Part shown: one piece after another, positions 8,352 through 17,307 of the stretch
Position numbering within the stretch: position 1 is the first letter of the stretch
Layout: each line of letters begins with the position of its first letter
Source of the DNA: Burkholderiales bacterium
GTDB taxonomy: Bacteria; Pseudomonadota; Gammaproteobacteria; Burkholderiales; SG8-41
DNA length: 62,065 nucleotides
Direction: 5' to 3'
NCBI GenBank assembly: GCA_046313915.1
Contig: JBKBXX010000004.1
Location: 1 to 62,065 of the forward strand
The notes under the pieces: generated by a model
Told to the model about the DNA's origin: nothing
Database searches by the model: none
What the model saw: only the letters and a program-made list of their open reading frames with translations
Made by a program: the position numbers and the translations under genes

Positions 8352-10868
8352 TTACAGCTTCACTCGCCGCAGCCGCAGCGCGTTGGTAACCACTGATACC
8401 GAACTCATCGCCATCGCCGCGGCGGCGAAAATCGGCGACAGCAGCAGGCCGAAAACGGGATACAGCACGCCAGCCGCCACCGGAACGCCTAAGGCATTGT
8501 AAACAAAGGCGAAAAACAGATTCTGCTTGACGTTGCGCATGGTCGCGTGCGACAACCGGATCGCCTTCGCGATGCCGCGCAGGTCGCCTTTCACGAGTGT
8601 CACGCCGGCGCTTTCGATGGCCACGTCGGTGCCGGTGCCCATGGCGATGCCGACGTTGGCCTGGGCGAGCGCCGGTGCGTCATTGATGCCGTCGCCCGCC
8701 ATCGCCACGATGCGTTTCTCGCCTTGCAGCTTCTTGATGACCTCGACTTTCTGGTCCGGCATCACTTCTGCGATGACTTCTTCGATGCCGAGTTGTTTGC
8801 CGACGGCTTCCGCAGTCTTGCGCGAATCGCCCGAGAGCATGACGACACGCACGCCCTCGGCGGTGAGCATCTTGATCGCCTCCAGCGTTGTTTCCTTGAT
8901 CGGATCGGCAACCGCGATCACTGCTGCGACACGCCCATCGATTGCGGCGTACAGCGCAGTCTTGCCCTGTGTGCGCAGGGCTTCAGCCTTGTCGGCAAGC
9001 GCCTGCGGCACCGTGCCATGCGCTTCCATGAAGCGGCGGTTGCCCACGGCGACTTTGCGCCCGCTTATCGTTCCGTGCACCCCCTGGCCGGTAACGGACT
9101 CGAAGTGTTCCACCTGTCCCAGTTGCAGGCTGCGTTCTTCGGCGGCCTTGACGATGGCCTCGGCAAGGGGATGCTCGCTGGCGCGCTCGAGACCGGCGAT
9201 CAGCGCGAGCGCCTCGTTCTCGGCAATTCCGCTTTCGACGACCAGGTCCACGAGCTGCGGCCTGCCGAGCGTGAGCGTCCCGGTCTTGTCCACGACCAGC
9301 GTATTCACCTCACGCAGCTTCTCGACGGCTTCCGCGTTGCGGAACAGGATGCCGTTCTTCGCGCCCTGGCCCATGGCCACGGTAATCGAGATCGGTGTCG
9401 CGAGCCCGACGGCGCACGGGCAGGCGATGATGAGCACGGCCACTGCGTTGACCAGGGCGTAGGTGATCCGCGGCTCGGGGCCGAAAAACCACCACACGAG
9501 CGCGGTGATGATGGCAATGACTATCACCGTCTGCACAAAATAGGCGGCGACGAGATCGGCCAGCCGCTGCACGGGGGCGCGCGTACGCTGCGCCTGCGCC
9601 ACCATATGCACGATCTGCGAAAGCAGTGTGTCGGCACCGACTTTTTCGGCGCGGATCACCAGCGCGCCTTTGCCGTTGATGGTCGCGCCGATGACCTTGT
9701 CGCCTGCTCTTTTGGGGACGGGAACGGGCTCGCCGGTGACCATGGATTCATCGACGTTCGAAGAACCTTCCAGGCACGTGCCGTCGACCGGCACTTTTTC
9801 GCCGGGCCGTACGCGCAGCTTGTCGCCGACCTGCACCTGGTCCAGCGGCACTTCCGCTTCGCTGCCGTCGGCCTCGATGCGCAGCGCGGTGTTCGGTGCG
9901 AGCGCGAGCAATTCGCGTATCGCCTGGCTGGTCTGGCCCATCGCGCGCAGCTGCAGCACTTCGCCCAGCAGCACCAGGGTGACGATGACCGCGGCGGCTT
10001 CGAAATAGGTGCCGACCCGACCTTCATGCTCGCGGAACGCCTCCGGAAACAGCCCGGGCGCAAGCATCGCAAACAGGCTGAAAATATAGGCGAGCGCGAC
10101 GCCCAGCCCGATCAGCGTATACATGTTCGGATTCAGGCTGCGAATCGAACGCGCAAACTTCCGGAAAAAAGGCCAGCCGCTCCACAGCACGACCGGCGTT
10201 CCGAGCGCTAACTCGACGTACATCCTGATGTGCGGTGCCAGGCCGAACGGTTGCGCCATGCCGAAATAGGGCCCCATCGCGATATAAACCAGTGGCGCCG
10301 AAAGTATGGCTCCCACCCAGAAGCGGCGCGTCATGTCGCGCAGTTCGGCGTCGTCTTCCTGTGCACTCGCCACCGGCACCAGCGCCATGCCGCACTTGGG
10401 GCACGAGCCCGGCGTGTTCTGCCTGATTTCCGGATGCATCGGACAGGTGTATCCGGTTGCGGCCGGCCCGGCAGGCACCAGCGGCACCAGCGCCATGCCG
10501 CATTCGGGACAGGAGCCGGGCCCCTCCTGCTCCACTTCCGGGTGCATCGGACAGGTATGGGTTCCGTGTGTTTTTTGCGCAGCAGCAGCGGCCGACGCAG
10601 TCTTTGCAAGATACTTCAGGGGGTTGGACTTGAATTCCGAAAGGCAGTGGGCACTGCAAAAATAGTACTTCGTGCCCTTGTGCTCGAGCATACCGGCTGC
10701 TGATCCGGAATCGACGTACATGCCACACACCGGGTCGGTCACTTGCGCGGCGTGCGTGCCTCCGTGATGTTCGTGCTGAGCATGGGCATGGGCATGGGCA
10801 TGGGCACGGGCATGGCCGTCATGGCGATGGCCACTGGCTTCACGAGTCTTCTCGTCAGGTGCTTTCAT
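8352..10868 (-). CDS. copA: Cu+/Ag+-translocating P1B-type ATPase with His-rich tail, YHS and two CPMHP domains
   Basis: TGE, CPC, DKTGT, HP, GDGIND, YN and MAMSS; YHS DPVCGM..YYFCS. Confidence 0.95.
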   Translation of the reverse strand: MKAPDEKTREASGHRHDGHARAHAHAHAHAQHEHHGGTHAAQVTDPVCGMYVDSGSAAGMLEHKGTKYYFCSAHCLSEFKSNPLKYLAKTASAAAAAQKTHGTHTCPMHPEVEQEGPGSCPECGMALVPLVPAGPAATGYTCPMHPEIRQNTPGSCPKCGMALVPVASAQEDDAELRDMTRRFWVGAILSAPLVYIAMGPYFGMAQPFGLAPHIRMYVELALGTPVVLWSGWPFFRKFARSIRSLNPNMYTLIGLGVALAYIFSLFAMLAPGLFPEAFREHEGRVGTYFEAAAVIVTLVLLGEVLQLRAMGQTSQAIRELLALAPNTALRIEADGSEAEVPLDQVQVGDKLRVRPGEKVPVDGTCLEGSSNVDESMVTGEPVPVPKRAGDKVIGATINGKGALVIRAEKVGADTLLSQIVHMVAQAQRTRAPVQRLADLVAAYFVQTVIVIAIITALVWWFFGPEPRITYALVNAVAVLIIACPCAVGLATPISITVAMGQGAKNGILFRNAEAVEKLREVNTLVVDKTGTLTLGRPQLVDLVVESGIAENEALALIAGLERASEHPLAEAIVKAAEERSLQLGQVEHFESVTGQGVHGTISGRKVAVGNRRFMEAHGTVPQALADKAEALRTQGKTALYAAIDGRVAAVIAVADPIKETTLEAIKMLTAEGVRVVMLSGDSRKTAEAVGKQLGIEEVIAEVMPDQKVEVIKKLQGEKRIVAMAGDGINDAPALAQANVGIAMGTGTDVAIESAGVTLVKGDLRGIAKAIRLSHATMRNVKQNLFFAFVYNALGVPVAAGVLYPVFGLLLSPIFAAAAMAMSSVSVVTNALRLRRVKL
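10780..10815. repeat. 6-bp tandem repeat encoding His-Ala run in ATPase N-terminus
   Basis: (GCATGG)n, about six copies with one mismatch. Confidence 0.7.
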
Positions 10869-11335
10869 GTCCGCCTCCTATTTGAGATGCCGAGTTTTTT
10901 GGTGCGCTCGCCTCCGCCCTGGTCTTGCGGCGAATCCTCGCCAGATAAAGTTTGCACGCCCGAAGCCAAGAAGCCTTGTGCCGGGACGCCGAGCGCGGCG
11001 TTGAATTTGCTCGACATATTCTGATACGCAATGAGCGCGGTGAGTTCCACGATCTCCTGGTCGCTAAAGTGCTGGCGCAGCCGGGCGAAAAGCGCATCGC
11101 CGACGCGGCGAGAGGATTCGGTGACCGTTTCGGCGTAAGCCAGGGCTGCGCGCTCGCGCGAGCGGTAAAGCAGGGTGAACATTACAAACGCCTGCAGCAT
11201 GCGGCCCCGAAGCAACGCCGGTTCCAGCGCGCGCCCGTATTTGCGCCGCTGCAGCATCAGAATCAAGCGCACATACCAGGGATAGCGGCTTAAGGAGTAA
11301 CCGCAGACATGGGGCTTGGCGGCGACACTCATCAC
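10865..11335 (-). pseudogene. carboxymuconolactone decarboxylase/AhpD-family gene with probable internal in-frame deletion
   Basis: N-term YPWY..QRRKYG..LEP and C-term ERAALAYAE..IVELTALIAYQNMSSKFN present, but the central CxxC segment is absent. Confidence 0.6.
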
Positions 11336-11976
11336 GTGGTGCCTGGACCTTCGCCGATCACCACCTTGGTGTCACTCAGGTAGTGATAGGGCGGAACGAC
11401 GAGATTCGTCGGCGCCGGCACGTTCCGGTAGACCCTTCCGGCGAAATCGAACTTGGAGCCATGACACGGGCAGAAATAGCCGCCATCCCAATCCGGTCCC
11501 AGATCCTTGGGTGCTGCATCAGGACGAAAAGTGGGTACACAGCCCAAATGGGTGCACAACGAGATCACGATAAGATGCTCCGGTTTGACCGAACGATTGG
11601 CGTTTTGGGCGTAGACGGGCTGCTGGCTTTTTACTTTGGATTCCGGGTCGGCGAGCTTCGCCAGATGGCGCGGGTTCTGCAAGGTCTTTAGCATGGCTTC
11701 AGTGCGGTGAAGTATCCATACTGGTTTGCCGCGCCACTCCACTGTTGTTTGAGTGCCCGGTTCGAGACGGGAGAAGTCGGCTTCCACCGGCGCGCCCGCG
11801 GCGCGCGCCCGCTCGCTCGGATTCATCGAGGCGATGAACGGGACCGACGCCGCGGCAAGTGCGACGCCACCTGCAGCGCCGGTTGCCGCCAACAGTATTT
11901 TTCTGCGCTCCGGATCGGAAACCGGCTGTGATTTTTCATCTCCGGCAGCATCCAGGTTATCGAACGTTTTATCCAT
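11332..11976 (-). CDS. petA: Rieske Fe-S protein of ubiquinol-cytochrome c reductase type (orphan)
   Basis: Tat RR, TM anchor, CTHLGC and CPCHGS boxes, PAP; SD GGAGG before ATG 11976. Confidence 0.9.
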   Translation of the reverse strand: MDKTFDNLDAAGDEKSQPVSDPERRKILLAATGAAGGVALAAASVPFIASMNPSERARAAGAPVEADFSRLEPGTQTTVEWRGKPVWILHRTEAMLKTLQNPRHLAKLADPESKVKSQQPVYAQNANRSVKPEHLIVISLCTHLGCVPTFRPDAAPKDLGPDWDGGYFCPCHGSKFDFAGRVYRNVPAPTNLVVPPYHYLSDTKVVIGEGPGTT

Positions 11977-12014
11977 GGTTCCACCTCCAGGCGTGTCACG
12001 CCCGCGAATCAGGA

Positions 12015-12809
12015 TCAATCAGGCGTGATTTTCCATTTAAACGCTTCTGGTGCGCCAACTTCAGCGACGCTGCACTTGATTTCCACCATCGCGCGCAGTG
12101 TTTCCTGCTCTGCCACGAACACCTCTGTGGCCACGGGATCGAACTGAGTGCCGGACTGGCGCAGTATTTCGGTGCACGCAGCATCGAACGAAAGCGCTTT
12201 GCGGTACGGGCGGTCTGAAGTGATTGCGTCGAGCGTATCGATGATCGCGAACAGGCGCGCCCACAACGGAATCTGCTCTCTTACGAGTCCCCTCGGGTAG
12301 CCGGTGCCGTCGTAGCGTTCCTCATGGCTGAGCACGATTTCCGCCGCCTCGGCCATAAACGGCACGCCGGCCAGAATGCGGTGGCCGATTTCGGGATGCG
12401 TGCGCATGATCTGCCATTCAGCCTCGGTCAGAGATCCCTGTTTGAGCAGGATGGGATCGGCAATCCCGACTTTGCCGATGTCGTGCAGTAGCGCACCCCA
12501 GTAGACCTGATGTAGCTGCCGAGGATCGTCGGTGAAATGCTTCGCCAGTGCCAGGGTATGGCAGGCAACGCGTTTGGAATGAAGGCCGGTTTCGTGTTCC
12601 CGCGCATCGAGCGCGGCGACCAACGTTTCGGCCAGCACAAACGACGCGTCATCGACTGCTGCCGCCAGCGCATGCTGTTTCTGCTCAGCGAGAAAACAGC
12701 CTTCGCAGCAGTAGTCGTCGGCCTCGCGGACGTAGGGTGTGACGTGGATCGGTGCGTGACAATGACGACATAGGGCGACCGCCTGCCCGTCAGCCGCGGT
12801 GGCTTTCAT
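12015..12809 (-). CDS. HD-GYP domain protein with N-terminal Cys-rich metal-binding domain
   Basis: CRHC..YCCEGC; HSKRV, LHDIGK, HEERYDGTGYP, DRPYR. Confidence 0.9.
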   Translation of the reverse strand: MKATAADGQAVALCRHCHAPIHVTPYVREADDYCCEGCFLAEQKQHALAAAVDDASFVLAETLVAALDAREHETGLHSKRVACHTLALAKHFTDDPRQLHQVYWGALLHDIGKVGIADPILLKQGSLTEAEWQIMRTHPEIGHRILAGVPFMAEAAEIVLSHEERYDGTGYPRGLVREQIPLWARLFAIIDTLDAITSDRPYRKALSFDAACTEILRQSGTQFDPVATEVFVAEQETLRAMVEIKCSVAEVGAPEAFKWKITPD

Positions 12810-12832
12810 GCGCCCTCGCAATGGGCCGCGCC

Positions 12833-13009
12833 CTAATGTTGATGACCGTGCGCCGCGCCGGGCTTGTCGGACGGGGGTTGCTTGCCGTGGCCGCCGCAGC
12901 ATCCGCCATGTCCCTCGTGCCCGCCATGACTGCTGCGGGAGAAGCCCAAAAACGCAACCACGCCGATTGCGACCGCGATCCAGATCCAGTTCTGAGTGAG
13001 CCATTCCAT
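12833..13009 (-). CDS. 58-aa membrane peptide with His/Cys-rich tail (absent from ORF track)
   Basis: MEWLTQNWIWIAVAIGVVAFLGFSRSSHGGHEGHGGCCGGHGKQ..HGHQH; SD AAGGA upstream. Confidence 0.8.
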   Translation of the reverse strand: MEWLTQNWIWIAVAIGVVAFLGFSRSSHGGHEGHGGCCGGHGKQPPSDKPGAAHGHQH

Positions 13010-13061
13010 GATTTCGTCCTTTCGTTAATCGCGCATCATTCGACTGCCGTACCCAACGTGT

Positions 13062-13090
13062 AATATATACCCCATACGGGTATATGTCAA
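13062..13090 (-). promoter_or_regulatory. sigma70 promoter with CsoR/RcnR-type operator in the spacer
   Basis: TTGACA-17nt-TATATT; palindrome ATATACCC-N5-GGGTATAT at 13065-13085. Confidence 0.85.
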
Positions 13091-13120
13091 CCGCTGGGCG
13101 AATACTGCCGCTTTCCCGTT

Positions 13121-13516
13121 TCAGTCAAACCACCGCCGGTGCGCCGGTCTCGCTGATCCGCGAAAATGGCGGGTGTCCGGCTCCAGCTTTTGCACTCGCA
13201 GTATCAGATGCTCCTCGCCGACGACTTCCACTTCGTCTCCGGCGCGCAGTGGGACTCCTGGCGACACTGCGTGCCACAGTTCGTTGTGTATCTGTATCAG
13301 CAAGTCTCCCTTGCGGTTTTCAATTACTTTGCCAATTTCGCCGACCATGCCTTCGAGACCGTTCTGGATGGGCTGGTTCATCGCCTGTATGGCGTACCAA
13401 TAGATCACGGCGGACAGGCCCGTTACCATACCGTAGGCGGGAAGCGCCACCGAGAGCGGGAAAATCCAGAACATGGGCAATGCCAGCAGCGGCAGGGCGA
13501 GGAGAAGATGGCACAT
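13121..13516 (-). CDS. NfeD family protein (OB-fold)
   Basis: Two TMs then G.EGMVGEIG..IHNELWHA..GDEVEVVG..LILRV. Confidence 0.8.
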   Translation of the reverse strand: MCHLLLALPLLALPMFWIFPLSVALPAYGMVTGLSAVIYWYAIQAMNQPIQNGLEGMVGEIGKVIENRKGDLLIQIHNELWHAVSPGVPLRAGDEVEVVGEEHLILRVQKLEPDTRHFRGSARPAHRRWFD

Positions 13517-13609
13517 GAGCGTTCCGCAATCCCGACATCAGCAGACAACATCCCCTGCCGGACCGACGCTGGCGCGACCGGAATCGCGGAACTCGGGCAT
13601 CAGGGATTT

Positions 13610-13837
13610 CTATCCGCCGATATCTCGCTTCTTGCGCTCGAATTCGTCCTGGCCGATTTCGCCGCCTGCATAGCGCTCCTTGAGGACATCGAGGGCGGTT
13701 TTTCCCCCAGACCCCGTTCCGGCGCGCCTGAACCACGAACTGGCGAGCCAGACCACCAGTGCTATCGGCACCAGCCACACCAGCAACATCATCAGACCGC
13801 CGCCGAACATCCATCCGCCATGACCGTATCCATACAT
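13610..13837 (-). CDS. SHOCT domain membrane protein
   Basis: ALDVLKERYAGGEIGQDEFERKK after a TM helix. Confidence 0.85.
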   Translation of the reverse strand: MYGYGHGGWMFGGGLMMLLVWLVPIALVVWLASSWFRRAGTGSGGKTALDVLKERYAGGEIGQDEFERKKRDIGG

Positions 13838-13910
13838 GTCTTTCTCCTTTCACGGTAAAACACTGTCGTTGGGGCACCCCGTAGCGCGATGGCAGGAAGC
13901 AATCGCCGTG

Positions 13911-14189
13911 TCACGAGGCTTGCCCCGGAGTTCGCCGGGAAAACCGGTCAACGAAAAAGTTGTACAGCGGCACGAACACGAGCCCGATGTAAATGCCATA
14001 GAGGAATGTTTCGGCCAGGCCGAGCACGAAGCTTGGCCAGGTGAGCCAGGTAAATCCCGGCAGCAGCTTCAGCCAGGTCTCGTACATGCGCTGGTCAAAA
14101 GCCAGGTCGTAAGCTACACAAATGATGAAGGAAATAGCCAGAAACGAACCGGAGGCCAGTCCGACTACACGCCAATCGAGCTTACCCAT
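13911..14189 (-). CDS. DUF5676-like membrane protein
   Basis: Two TMs, LLPGF.WL..SFVLGL.E..LYG..LYNFF. Confidence 0.7.
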   Translation of the reverse strand: MGKLDWRVVGLASGSFLAISFIICVAYDLAFDQRMYETWLKLLPGFTWLTWPSFVLGLAETFLYGIYIGLVFVPLYNFFVDRFSRRTPGQAS

Positions 14190-14496
14190 GATGATGTCCT
14201 CCTTGTCGATGACCGCTTTGCGCGGCAGCGCCCGCGTATTTTTCCGGCGCCTGCTCGAACTTGTCGCGGCACGAAGTTGAACAGAAGTAATAGGTCACGC
14301 CTTCCCGCACGGCTGTTGCCGCGGCTTTTTGCGGATCGACGTCCATGCCGCACACCGGGTCTTTGGTGCCGCCGCCGTGACCGCCGTGACCGTGGCTGCC
14401 CATCATGTGGGCGCCACAACCGTAACGCATCATCACGAAGAACAGACCGCCCCACAGCAGCAACCAACCGAGACTTTTCAGACTTTCGGCATCCAT
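14182..14496 (-). CDS. YHS domain membrane protein
   Basis: GCGAH, DPVCGMDV..YYFCSTSCRDKF, His tail. Confidence 0.9.
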   Translation of the reverse strand: MDAESLKSLGWLLLWGGLFFVMMRYGCGAHMMGSHGHGGHGGGTKDPVCGMDVDPQKAAATAVREGVTYYFCSTSCRDKFEQAPEKYAGAAAQSGHRQGGHHHG

Positions 14497-14553
14497 GGTG
14501 TTCCTCCATAAAGTAACTCTGAGGTGGCCGCGCCCGTTTTATGTGTCAAGGGC

Positions 14554-14958
14554 TCATTTCAACTGCCACCGGAACGTACGCGGCCTGGTTTCGCCCTGGC
14601 GCGTGATCCGCAATTCGATCACCGCAGGCAGGGGCGAAACCGCTTTGAACCGCAAGGTGCCGCTGCGGTGATGCCCGCCGGGCGGATCGCCTTGCCACTT
14701 CACGGGTGTCTGCGATGCGCCGCCGTCGGCGACGAGCACCGCCGTTTTTTCAAGGTCGTCGTTCAGCGCTTGTGAGTGGGTGTCGAAAGCAACATCGAAA
14801 TCCCAGGTTGCGCCGCTGAGCGTGCGCGGCGTGATTTTTACCGTAACGCTTGCTTCAGAAGTGGACTGGGGAGCGAGAGCGGGCGAGGCCGCCTCGCCGG
14901 GCAAGGCAAACAAAATTGTCGTCAGTGCCACGAGAAAAACATTCAGACGTGTGCGCAT
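14554..14958 (-). CDS. exported hypothetical protein (DTHS / GHH motifs)
   Basis: Signal peptide; FDTHSQAL, GGHHRSG; overlaps upstream gene. Confidence 0.7.
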   Translation of the reverse strand: MRTRLNVFLVALTTILFALPGEAASPALAPQSTSEASVTVKITPRTLSGATWDFDVAFDTHSQALNDDLEKTAVLVADGGASQTPVKWQGDPPGGHHRSGTLRFKAVSPLPAVIELRITRQGETRPRTFRWQLK

Positions 14959-15410
14959 TGTGCGTGCTCCCTGGTGGCTTGCAGTAACTTGTTGCCGATG
15001 TAGGCGACACCCGCGGCATTGAATGCAAGGCCCACCCAGAAAAACTCGACTTGGTATTGGGTGGCGAAGGTGATCAACCCGGTCGCGCCGAGCACCGGCG
15101 CGATATTGACCAGGTAGTGGGCGCAGCATGAGATCATCGCCGCGGTCGAAGTGGTGCCGGACGCGGCCATCACGGCGCGTGTCTCCTTTGACTGGTGCAG
15201 CAGTTGCCGCAGCCGAGTGTAAAGCGCGACCTGCAGCCCGAAGCCGGCGCCCAGCGGTACGATGTAATACCAGAACTCGGAAAACTGGGACACGGTGAAC
15301 TTCCAGCCCGAGACCAGCGTGAGCACGCCGAAATACGCGGCGAGCAGCAAGCCGAAAGCCAGCGTTCCCCAGCCGGCTGGCCGTGCCGCTGTGGCGACAT
15401 GAGCATTCAT
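14943..15410 (-). CDS. membrane protein with SCCAH motif
   Basis: Four hydrophobic segments, intramembrane MISCCAHY. Confidence 0.75.
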   Translation of the reverse strand: MNAHVATAARPAGWGTLAFGLLLAAYFGVLTLVSGWKFTVSQFSEFWYYIVPLGAGFGLQVALYTRLRQLLHQSKETRAVMAASGTTSTAAMISCCAHYLVNIAPVLGATGLITFATQYQVEFFWVGLAFNAAGVAYIGNKLLQATREHAQCAHV

Positions 15411-15500
15411 GGCATTTCCTTTCGGCGGAGTGGAGGCAGGATCAATTGCGGAATATCCCGGACCGGCGGCGGCTGCCGCCGGCTTTGGGGTATCACGCGG

Positions 15501-16112
15501 TTACTCGATGTCTTGTCCCCACCACGGCGCGTAGCGGCGCAACTGCTGCTTCTGTTCCCTGGTGAACACGCCGTCGATTTTTTCCTGTGCTTCGAGGCGC
15601 GCCGCGAAGCGCTGTTGCCGCAGCTCCTGCAGTTTCTTGTACTGGTTGATGACTGCGGTGCGGTCGGACTTTTCTGCGCTCATCAGGTTGCGCAGCTTGA
15701 AAGCCTCTTCCTGCATCTTGGTCGCGAGTTCCCAGTTCTTTTTCGCGAACTCTTCGTGGATCGCGTTGAGTTTGTTCTGCTGTTCAGGCGTCAGATTGAG
15801 CTGAAAAGGCGTTCCATAACCCCCCATCATTCCCGGCCCCATGCCGTAGCCGGGGCCATAACCCCCCATCATGCCGGGCCCCATGCCATAGCCGGGGCCA
15901 TAACCCCCCATCATGCCGGGGCCCATCATGCCCGGCCCCATCATGCCCGGGCCCATCATGCCCGGGCCCATCATGCCCGGGCCCATCATGCCCGGGCCCA
16001 TGCCGTATCCACCATATCCCGGATCGGCAATGGCAGCGGTGCCCAGTGCGGTCGCTCCGATCAGCGCGGCGGCGATCAGCGTTTTGTGGAATTTCATCGG
16101 TTTCAGTTTCAT
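15501..16112 (-). CDS. Spy/CpxP/ZraP-like periplasmic protein with Met-rich repeats
   Basis: Signal peptide, LNLTPEQQ and FTREQK LTxxQ motifs; SD AAGGAG. Confidence 0.85.
   Translation of the reverse strand: MKLKPMKFHKTLIAAALIGATALGTAAIADPGYGGYGMGPGMMGPGMMGPGMMGPGMMGPGMMGPGMMGGYGPGYGMGPGMMGGYGPGYGMGPGMMGGYGTPFQLNLTPEQQNKLNAIHEEFAKKNWELATKMQEEAFKLRNLMSAEKSDRTAVINQYKKLQELRQQRFAARLEAQEKIDGVFTREQKQQLRRYAPWWGQDIE
15817..16003. repeat. coding tandem repeats: 15-bp (GPGMM) x~6 and 42-bp (GPGYGMGPGMMGGY) x2
   Basis: Directly visible CCCATCATGCCCGGG units. Confidence 0.9.
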
Positions 16113-16250
16113 GATCAACTCCTTTCGTATGGTGAAGACTTGCAGCCGATAATCGACTGCCGGAATCACAGATCACAGAAAAAGGATGCAGGCGACGGCC
16201 TGCGGTGACGTCGCGCTGCAGCTGCTTTTGCAGCGCGGCGTGGGGAGAAG

Positions 16251-16637
16251 CTAACTGCGGAAGCTGCCGAACAGGATGTAGGCAGGCGGTGCCGCGGCAG
16301 GAATGCGGTCCACCCGCAGTGCCGGGAGCGTTTCCGCGCCGTGCGTGGCAGAAGCAGCAGGATACGCGACCAACACCGCCTCGCCATCATCCGGTGGCCG
16401 CGACGGTCCTGTCGCTTCAGCGTTGGCCGATTTCAGGTGGCAATACAGTCTTTGCCCGTCGCCAGAAAAGGAGGCGCATTCGAGCCCGTGCGAGTCGGAA
16501 ACGGTATCGTGCGCGGCAATGCCGGCTTTTTTGACCGGCATGCCGGTATCCGCGCTCGCCGGGGCGAAGGCGAACAGCGCCATCAGCATGATCATTGCCC
16601 GCAGCAAGCTCGTCATGGATGTGCTGAATTTCTTCAT
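16251..16637 (-). CDS. exported Cys-containing leader-type protein (C-term PPAYILFGSFRS)
   Basis: Signal peptide, C54/C66, Pro-rich tail; first gene after FNR box. Confidence 0.65.
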   Translation of the reverse strand: MKKFSTSMTSLLRAMIMLMALFAFAPASADTGMPVKKAGIAAHDTVSDSHGLECASFSGDGQRLYCHLKSANAEATGPSRPPDDGEAVLVAYPAASATHGAETLPALRVDRIPAAAPPAYILFGSFRS

Positions 16638-16671
16638 GTTCCCGATTATTCCCGCATTGCGCGATTTCGTT

Positions 16672-16685
16672 TTGATTTGGATCAA
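16672..16685. promoter_or_regulatory. FNR-type box (class II geometry)
   Basis: TTGAT-TTGG-ATCAA centred 41.5 nt from ATG 16637; AATAAT -10 ends 7 nt before the ATG. Confidence 0.85.
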
Positions 16686-16724
16686 ATCCATCGCAGGGTC
16701 AGCGACCATCCCTGCAGCAGGAAT

Positions 16725-17114
16725 TCATCCTTTCAGACTGTCGCGCACCCGCTCCAGCTTGGCACGCACTTCCTTGCCGAGCGCGTGTACCTCAGGTTTG
16801 TCGACCAGCTTCAGGACCGCGTCGGGATCCATGAAGCCGACCCAGACTTTGCCGTCGTCTTCCTGCCGCACCACCACATTGCACGGCAACAGCAATCCGA
16901 TATCGGGATCGGCGTCGATGGCACGGTGCGCAAGCGGCGGGTTGCAGGCGCCGAGGATGCGGTACGGTTTGCGATCGATGTTGAGCTTGGCTTTGAGCGT
17001 CGCCTTGACGTCGATGTCGGTGAGAACCCCGAAACCTTCTTTCTTGAGTGCTTCGGTCACGCGTTCGACAGCGGCATCGAACGGAATGTCGAGAGTGGTG
17101 CTGAAACCATACAT
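16725..17114 (-). CDS. DUF302 domain protein
   Basis: [28 protein letters not shown]. Confidence 0.9.
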   Translation of the reverse strand: MYGFSTTLDIPFDAAVERVTEALKKEGFGVLTDIDVKATLKAKLNIDRKPYRILGACNPPLAHRAIDADPDIGLLLPCNVVVRQEDDGKVWVGFMDPDAVLKLVDKPEVHALGKEVRAKLERVRDSLKG

Positions 17115-17307
17115 GGCATACCCCTTTCTTGGTTTTGGTTGGTGGCCGGAATATTCGAATATTCTGACATCATTGCCGGAAAAATGTTCCGCCGGCGCCT
17201 GGAAGCGTACCTGCGGCCCGTATATTGTCCTCTGAAATCAAGCGGCTTTATCTGATAGCTATCCATCCATAATGACGGCATTGAGGCGGTCCCAGATGCG
17301 GCGCCAG

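Noticed and set aside
12810..13004. N-terminal extensions in the ORF track (HD-GYP, Prs, TolC, TctC, Hss, SuhB, MutS)
   Set aside because: They overlap other genes or promoters; internal starts fit family N-termini better
14520..14550. TTGACA on the minus strand upstream of the YHS gene, as a CueR/MerR promoter
   Set aside because: No convincing -10 at 17-19 nt and no dyad
15817..16003. Repeat array considered as CRISPR
   Set aside because: No unique spacers; in-frame coding repeats; no cas genes
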